Position numbers and translations under genes: made by a program
IMG/VR virus record: IMGVR_UViG_3300043446_003900
Coordinates: 1-54,161 of that record
DNA: 54,161 nt
DNA from: a virus
Taxonomy: Duplodnaviria; Caudoviricetes
Strand: one strand, 5' to 3'
Shown: positions 49,697-54,161 of the stretch, piece by piece
Numbering within the stretch: the first letter of the stretch is position 1
How the letters are laid out: every line of letters starts with the position of its first letter
The notes under the pieces: generated by a model
Database searches by the model: none
The model's input: only the letters and a program-made list of their open reading frames with translations
What the model was told of the DNA's origin: nothing

Positions 49697-49700
49697 CTAA

Positions 49701-51695
49701 TTATACGATATTTGGTATTTGTCCTGAATAAGTTGGTTGTGGAAGTGCATTTGCTCTGGCACTTGATGCAGCAAGATTACTACGAGTAGCACTTAAATTA
49801 GCACCAGGAGTATATGCTGTTGTATCAGATGAATAAGTGACCTTATCCATTCTCCAGTCTGGTCCAGGATCACCACCACCAAAGTACCCTGCTGTTGAAT
49901 TACCTGTTGCACCAAGACGAAGACGAGCAACACTCAAACTTGCGCTAGAAGGAAGAGCAGAAGTTGTATCAGTTGAATAAGTCAACTTATCCATTGTTGA
50001 TATTGCTCCTGGAGCCCAACCACCACCAAAATATCCTGCTGTTGAAGAACCTGTTGCAGCAAGTTGATTGCGAGCAAGACTTAAATTAGCACCAGGAGTT
50101 GTCGCTGTTGTATCGGTTGAATAAGTGACCTTATTCATTGTTGATACTGAAGATCCTGTACCAGGATAACCACCACCAAAATATCCTGCTGTTGAAGATC
50201 CTGTTGCAGCAAGAATATAACGAACGGCACTTAAATTAGCACCAGGAGTGAATGCTGTTGTATCTGTTGAATATGTTAACTTATCCATTGTTGATACCGG
50301 TGCAGGACTACCACCACCAAAGTATCCTGCTGTTGAAGAACCTGTTGCAGCAAGATAACCACGAGCAGCACTTAAATTAGCACCAGGAGTTGCTGCTGTT
50401 GTATCAGATGAATAAGTGACCTTATCCATTGTTGAGACATAACCAGGATTCTTATTACCACCACCAAAGTACCCCGCTGTTGAAGAACCTGTTGCACCAG
50501 GACCGTTACGACCAGCACTTAAATTAGCACCAGGAGTTGCTGATGTTGTATCGGTTGAATAAGTTAACTTATCCATTGTTGATGTATTACCCCCACCACC
50601 AAAGTATCCTGTGTTTGGAGATGGCAATGTTCCTGGTGATGTTGTTGGAGTTGGTGTTGCTGCTGGTGGTGTCCCTGGCATTCCGTTACTAAATCTAGTA
50701 TTGTAAGTTGGTTGTGGAAATGCATTTCCTCTTGCACTTGATGCGGCAGGACGACTGCGATTAGAACTTAAATTAGCACCTGGAGTGTAAACAGTTGTAT
50801 CAGTTGAATAAGTCAACTTATCCATTGTTGATACCGGTCCAGGAATACCACCACCAAAGTATCCTGCCGTTGAGGATCCTGTTGCGGCAAGAAAATAACG
50901 AGCAGAAGTTAAATTAGCACCAGGAGTATATGCAGTTGTATCAGACGCATAAGTTAATTTATCCATTCTTGTTGTAGTACTCCAGCCACCACCAAAGTAT
51001 CCAAAGTTAGAATTTCCTGTTGCACCACAACCATAACGGGCAGAACTTAAATTAGCACCAGGAGTATATGCAGTTGTATCAGTTGAATAAGTCAACTTAT
51101 CCATTCTTGATACCGGTCCAGGAGCACCGCCACCAAAATACCCTGAAGTAGAATTACCTGTTGCAGCAAAAGAAGAACGATTAGAACTTAAATTGGCACT
51201 AGGAGTTGCTGCTGTTGTATCAGATGAATAAGTGACCTTATCCATTGTTGAGACATAAGAAGGAGAAGGAGTATTTCCACCACCAAAATATCCTGCTGTT
51301 AAGGATCCTGTTGCTCCAAGACGATAACGACTAGCACTTAAATTAGCACCAGGAGTGAATGCTGTTGTATCTGTCGAATAAGTAACCTTATCCATTCTTG
51401 ATGCTGCACTACCAGTAGTGCCACCACCAAAGTATCCTGCTGTTGAGTTTCCTGTTGCAGTAATAGAAGAACGAGCAGCACTTAAGTTAGCACCAGGAGT
51501 AAATGCTGTCGTATCTGATGAATAAGTCAACTTATCCATTGTTGATACTACACTACCAGTAGTGCCACCACCAAAGTATCCAGTATTTGGGGTTGGATTA
51601 TTACCAATCCACACATCATTCAAATCTACCCATCCACCTCTTGCATTTATTTTATTAACTAACCGTATAGAAAAAACACCTCTTGTATCTGCCAT
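49701..51695 (-). CDS. Kelch-like double beta-propeller protein (12 repeats), paralog 1
   Basis: Probable start MADTRGVFS at 51695, matching the paralog N-termini and lying 1 nt after the collagen stop; 6+6 repeats. Confidence 0.85.
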   Translation of the reverse strand: MADTRGVFSIRLVNKINARGGWVDLNDVWIGNNPTPNTGYFGGGTTGSVVSTMDKLTYSSDTTAFTPGANLSAARSSITATGNSTAGYFGGGTTGSAASRMDKVTYSTDTTAFTPGANLSASRYRLGATGSLTAGYFGGGNTPSPSYVSTMDKVTYSSDTTAATPSANLSSNRSSFAATGNSTSGYFGGGAPGPVSRMDKLTYSTDTTAYTPGANLSSARYGCGATGNSNFGYFGGGWSTTTRMDKLTYASDTTAYTPGANLTSARYFLAATGSSTAGYFGGGIPGPVSTMDKLTYSTDTTVYTPGANLSSNRSRPAASSARGNAFPQPTYNTRFSNGMPGTPPAATPTPTTSPGTLPSPNTGYFGGGGNTSTMDKLTYSTDTTSATPGANLSAGRNGPGATGSSTAGYFGGGNKNPGYVSTMDKVTYSSDTTAATPGANLSAARGYLAATGSSTAGYFGGGSPAPVSTMDKLTYSTDTTAFTPGANLSAVRYILAATGSSTAGYFGGGYPGTGSSVSTMNKVTYSTDTTATTPGANLSLARNQLAATGSSTAGYFGGGWAPGAISTMDKLTYSTDTTSALPSSASLSVARLRLGATGNSTAGYFGGGDPGPDWRMDKVTYSSDTTAYTPGANLSATRSNLAASSARANALPQPTYSGQIPNIV

Positions 51696-51696
51696 A

Positions 51697-54159
51697 TTAT
51701 GTTGAAAGTTTAATTCCTGATATTTGAACATCAATTGTTGATGTTTGATCCAAAGTTACTTGTATTGAATTATTTGCATAAATTGATTTTGGATTATCTA
51801 ATATCTCAACACTTCCATATTTTGGAACAATCAAATCATCTATAAGATATGTGGTACTTAATCCGGTAGTTACAGCTATAGATACTGGATATCCTCCACT
51901 ATCAGTACGATTTACTAAACGAATAGATTGAATAACTGATCCCGTAGTTGTTGTTGTATAAATTGTAGTTGGACTTGTTGATGCAATTGAAACTGAACCT
52001 ACTCCAACTCCAAAATAGTTTGTATTCGTTGATTGTTCATAAGAAATGTATACTTGTACTCCAGTATCAGTTCCATCTCTATTATAATCAGTTGCTCTCA
52101 TTGCAATTCTATCAGATGGATTTAAAACCATCGGTTGTTTCAACAATTCAACCGAAGCACCAGTCGGAATTGGAATATTATATGCAAAATAACTTCTTTC
52201 GCCAGTACTATTAATATCAAAAGCACCGATGACATTTACTTCGGTATTTCCAATCGCTATATTTGAAGCATTAATAGAATGAATAATATATCTCTTGTCA
52301 GCAGTTGAAGGAAGTGTAAGAACGGTTGATCCAATAGCAATCAATGTTGCAGAAACACTACTTGTAATTCCAATATTAAATCCTCCTCCTCCTCCGCCGC
52401 TGCCGCCAGATCCTGATGCTCCCTGCAATCCTTGCAGACTACCTCCTTGTAGACCTTGAAGACCTTGAACACCCTGATTACTTAAACCTTGAAGTCCTTG
52501 AGCACCTTGAATACCTTGAGAACCTTGATTACTTAAACCTTGTAATCCCTGCAATCCTTGATTACCTTGAGTTCCTTGATTACCTTGTAATCCTTGAGTA
52601 CCTTGTAATCCTTGAGTACCTTGTAATCCTTGAGTACCTTGATGTCCTTGAAGACCTTGAGTACCTTGAGTACCTTGATTACCTTGTAATCCTTGAGTAC
52701 CTTGTAATCCTTGAGTACCTTGAGTACCTTGATCTCCCTGAAGTCCTTGAGTACCTTGAGTACCTTGAATTCCTTGAGTTCCCTGTAAACCTTGAGTACC
52801 TTGTAATCCCTGTAAACCTTGATTACCTTGAGTACCTTGAGTTCCCTGTAATCCTTGTAATCCTGCTGCATAAGGATCCGTCCAACTTACGCCAGCACCA
52901 GTGGAAATAAGAATAGATCCAGAAGATCCTAAGCTGTCATAACGATCATAAAGACCGCCATCAAGTGCCATATTTCCACCAACTGCCAGAACTGTTCCAG
53001 CAGACATATGAGTAGAACCAATTCCAACACCATAATTAAACATCCAAGCATCAGTACCAAGTCCACCCCAAGTTCCTTGCTTAACCCACATAATTTGCTT
53101 GTAGGTTTCTGGAAGTGGATCAGAAGATGATTTTATAGAAACTAATGGAGAACCTTCTGTAGATGCAATAGCAATACCACCGTGATTTGCAGTATCATCA
53201 TTTGGGTTAGTAGTTGTTGAATATCCAAGAATTATGTCTCTATCTTCAACTCTAAGTTCAGTAGCGTTAATATAGACTGATGTACCACCAATTGTTAGAT
53301 TGTTTGTAACATTTAAATCATAAACATTTAATAAAGTTCCATCAAATGTGAAATTATCAGATCCAGTTGGATTATTAGATCCATCCTTATAAACAACTTG
53401 ATAAGCAGAACCTGCTACAGGACCTGTTTGACCTTGGATTCCTTGTAAACCTTGAGTACCTTGTGTTCCTTGTGTTCCTTGAAGACCTTGAATTCCCTGA
53501 AGTCCCTGATGACCTTGTAAACCTTGAGTACCTTGCACCCCTTGGGTTCCCTGAAGACCTTGTGCTCCTTGAACACCTTGATCACCTTGAAGACCTTGAA
53601 GACCTTGAAGACCTTGAAGACCTTGAGTTCCTTGAGTACCCTGAGCACCTTGAAGTCCTTGAGTACCTTGTAAACCTTGAGTACCTTGAATTCCCTGAGT
53701 ACCTTGAGTACCCTGATCGCCTTGAGCGCCTTGAAGACCCTGAGTACCTTGATTACTTAAACCTTGAAGTCCTTGAAGTCCTTGAGAACCTTGATTACTT
53801 AAACCTTGAAGTCCTTGAAGTCCTTGAGATCCTTGATTACCTTGAAGACCCTGAGTACCTTGAGTACCCTGATCGCCTTGAGCGCCTTGAGTACCTTGAT
53901 TACTTAAACCTTGAAGTCCTTGAAGTCCTTGAGATCCTTGATTACCTTGAAGACCCTGAGTACCTTGATTACTTAAACCTTGAAGTCCTTGAAGTCCTTG
54001 AGATCCTTGATTACCTTGAAGACCCTGAGTACCTTGAGTACCCTGATCGCCTTGAGCGCCTTGAGTACCTTGATTACTTAAACCTTGAAGTCCTTGAGTA
54101 CCTTGAGAACCTTGTAATCCTTGAGTTCCTTGAACACCTTGATTACCTTGAAGTCCTTG
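51697..54159 (-). CDS. Collagen-like fibre protein (5'-truncated by the window edge)
   Basis: Frame stays open with GXQ repeats to the window end; fibre domain (EDRDIILG...ANHGGIAIAS), a second GXQ tract and two tandem small beta domains at the C-terminus. Confidence 0.85.
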   Translation of the reverse strand, partial: QGLQGNQGVQGTQGLQGSQGTQGLQGLSNQGTQGAQGDQGTQGTQGLQGNQGSQGLQGLQGLSNQGTQGLQGNQGSQGLQGLQGLSNQGTQGAQGDQGTQGTQGLQGNQGSQGLQGLQGLSNQGSQGLQGLQGLSNQGTQGLQGAQGDQGTQGTQGIQGTQGLQGTQGLQGAQGTQGTQGLQGLQGLQGLQGDQGVQGAQGLQGTQGVQGTQGLQGHQGLQGIQGLQGTQGTQGTQGLQGIQGQTGPVAGSAYQVVYKDGSNNPTGSDNFTFDGTLLNVYDLNVTNNLTIGGTSVYINATELRVEDRDIILGYSTTTNPNDDTANHGGIAIASTEGSPLVSIKSSSDPLPETYKQIMWVKQGTWGGLGTDAWMFNYGVGIGSTHMSAGTVLAVGGNMALDGGLYDRYDSLGSSGSILISTGAGVSWTDPYAAGLQGLQGTQGTQGNQGLQGLQGTQGLQGTQGIQGTQGTQGLQGDQGTQGTQGLQGTQGLQGNQGTQGTQGLQGHQGTQGLQGTQGLQGTQGLQGNQGTQGNQGLQGLQGLSNQGSQGIQGAQGLQGLSNQGVQGLQGLQGGSLQGLQGASGSGGSGGGGGGFNIGITSSVSATLIAIGSTVLTLPSTADKRYIIHSINASNIAIGNTEVNVIGAFDINSTGERSYFAYNIPIPTGASVELLKQPMVLNPSDRIAMRATDYNRDGTDTGVQVYISYEQSTNTNYFGVGVGSVSIASTSPTTIYTTTTTGSVIQSIRLVNRTDSGGYPVSIAVTTGLSTTYLIDDLIVPKYGSVEILDNPKSIYANNSIQVTLDQTSTIDVQISGIKLST

Positions 54160-54161
54160 AG

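Noticed and set aside
40452-51695. Possible CRISPR array or diversity-generating retroelement (constant repeats with variable intervals)
   Set aside because: The repeats are in-frame protein blades with synonymous variation. There are no cas genes, no reverse transcriptase, and no template/variable pair with adenine-specific differences in the window.
3851-52214. Remaining short ORFs antisense to or overlapping recognised genes (e.g. 6718-7116, 22705-23025, 24667-25005, 27388-27783, 38309-38785)
   Set aside because: They lie within well-supported genes and show no recognisable motifs or RBS.

Overview
AT-rich fragment of a T4-like cyanophage (cyanomyovirus, Kyanoviridae-like) genome, coded almost entirely on the minus strand. 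Left (1-22.7 kb): collagen-like (Gly-X-Gln)n fibre genes, a gp5 spike region apparently split over several ORFs, hub/tape-measure-like proteins with muralytic domains, and the gp51-gp26-gp54 / gp4-gp2-gp48-gp53 baseplate block. Middle (22.7-32.9 kb): a Mom-like DNA-modification gene, gp32, gp59, gp33, an exonuclease, phoH, thyX, speD, glutaredoxin and small ORFs. Right (32.9-54.1 kb): a glycosylation/modification island (several glycosyltransferases, FkbM methyltransferases, a sulfotransferase, 2OG-Fe(II) oxygenases) interleaved with three paralogous 12-blade Kelch-like propeller genes and another collagen gene. The most unusual element is a ~660-bp nitrogen-sensing cassette at 30144-30807: NtcA-type boxes over a late promoter and a sigma70 promoter, then tandem glnA-type glutamine riboswitch aptamers, the first of which carries a complete 68-codon ORF inside its P2 loop, then a DUF4278 (YRG-motif) gene, a 33-aa peptide and a terminator. 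No tRNA, rRNA, CRISPR array or transposase was seen. All family assignments come from motif recognition by eye, not database searches.
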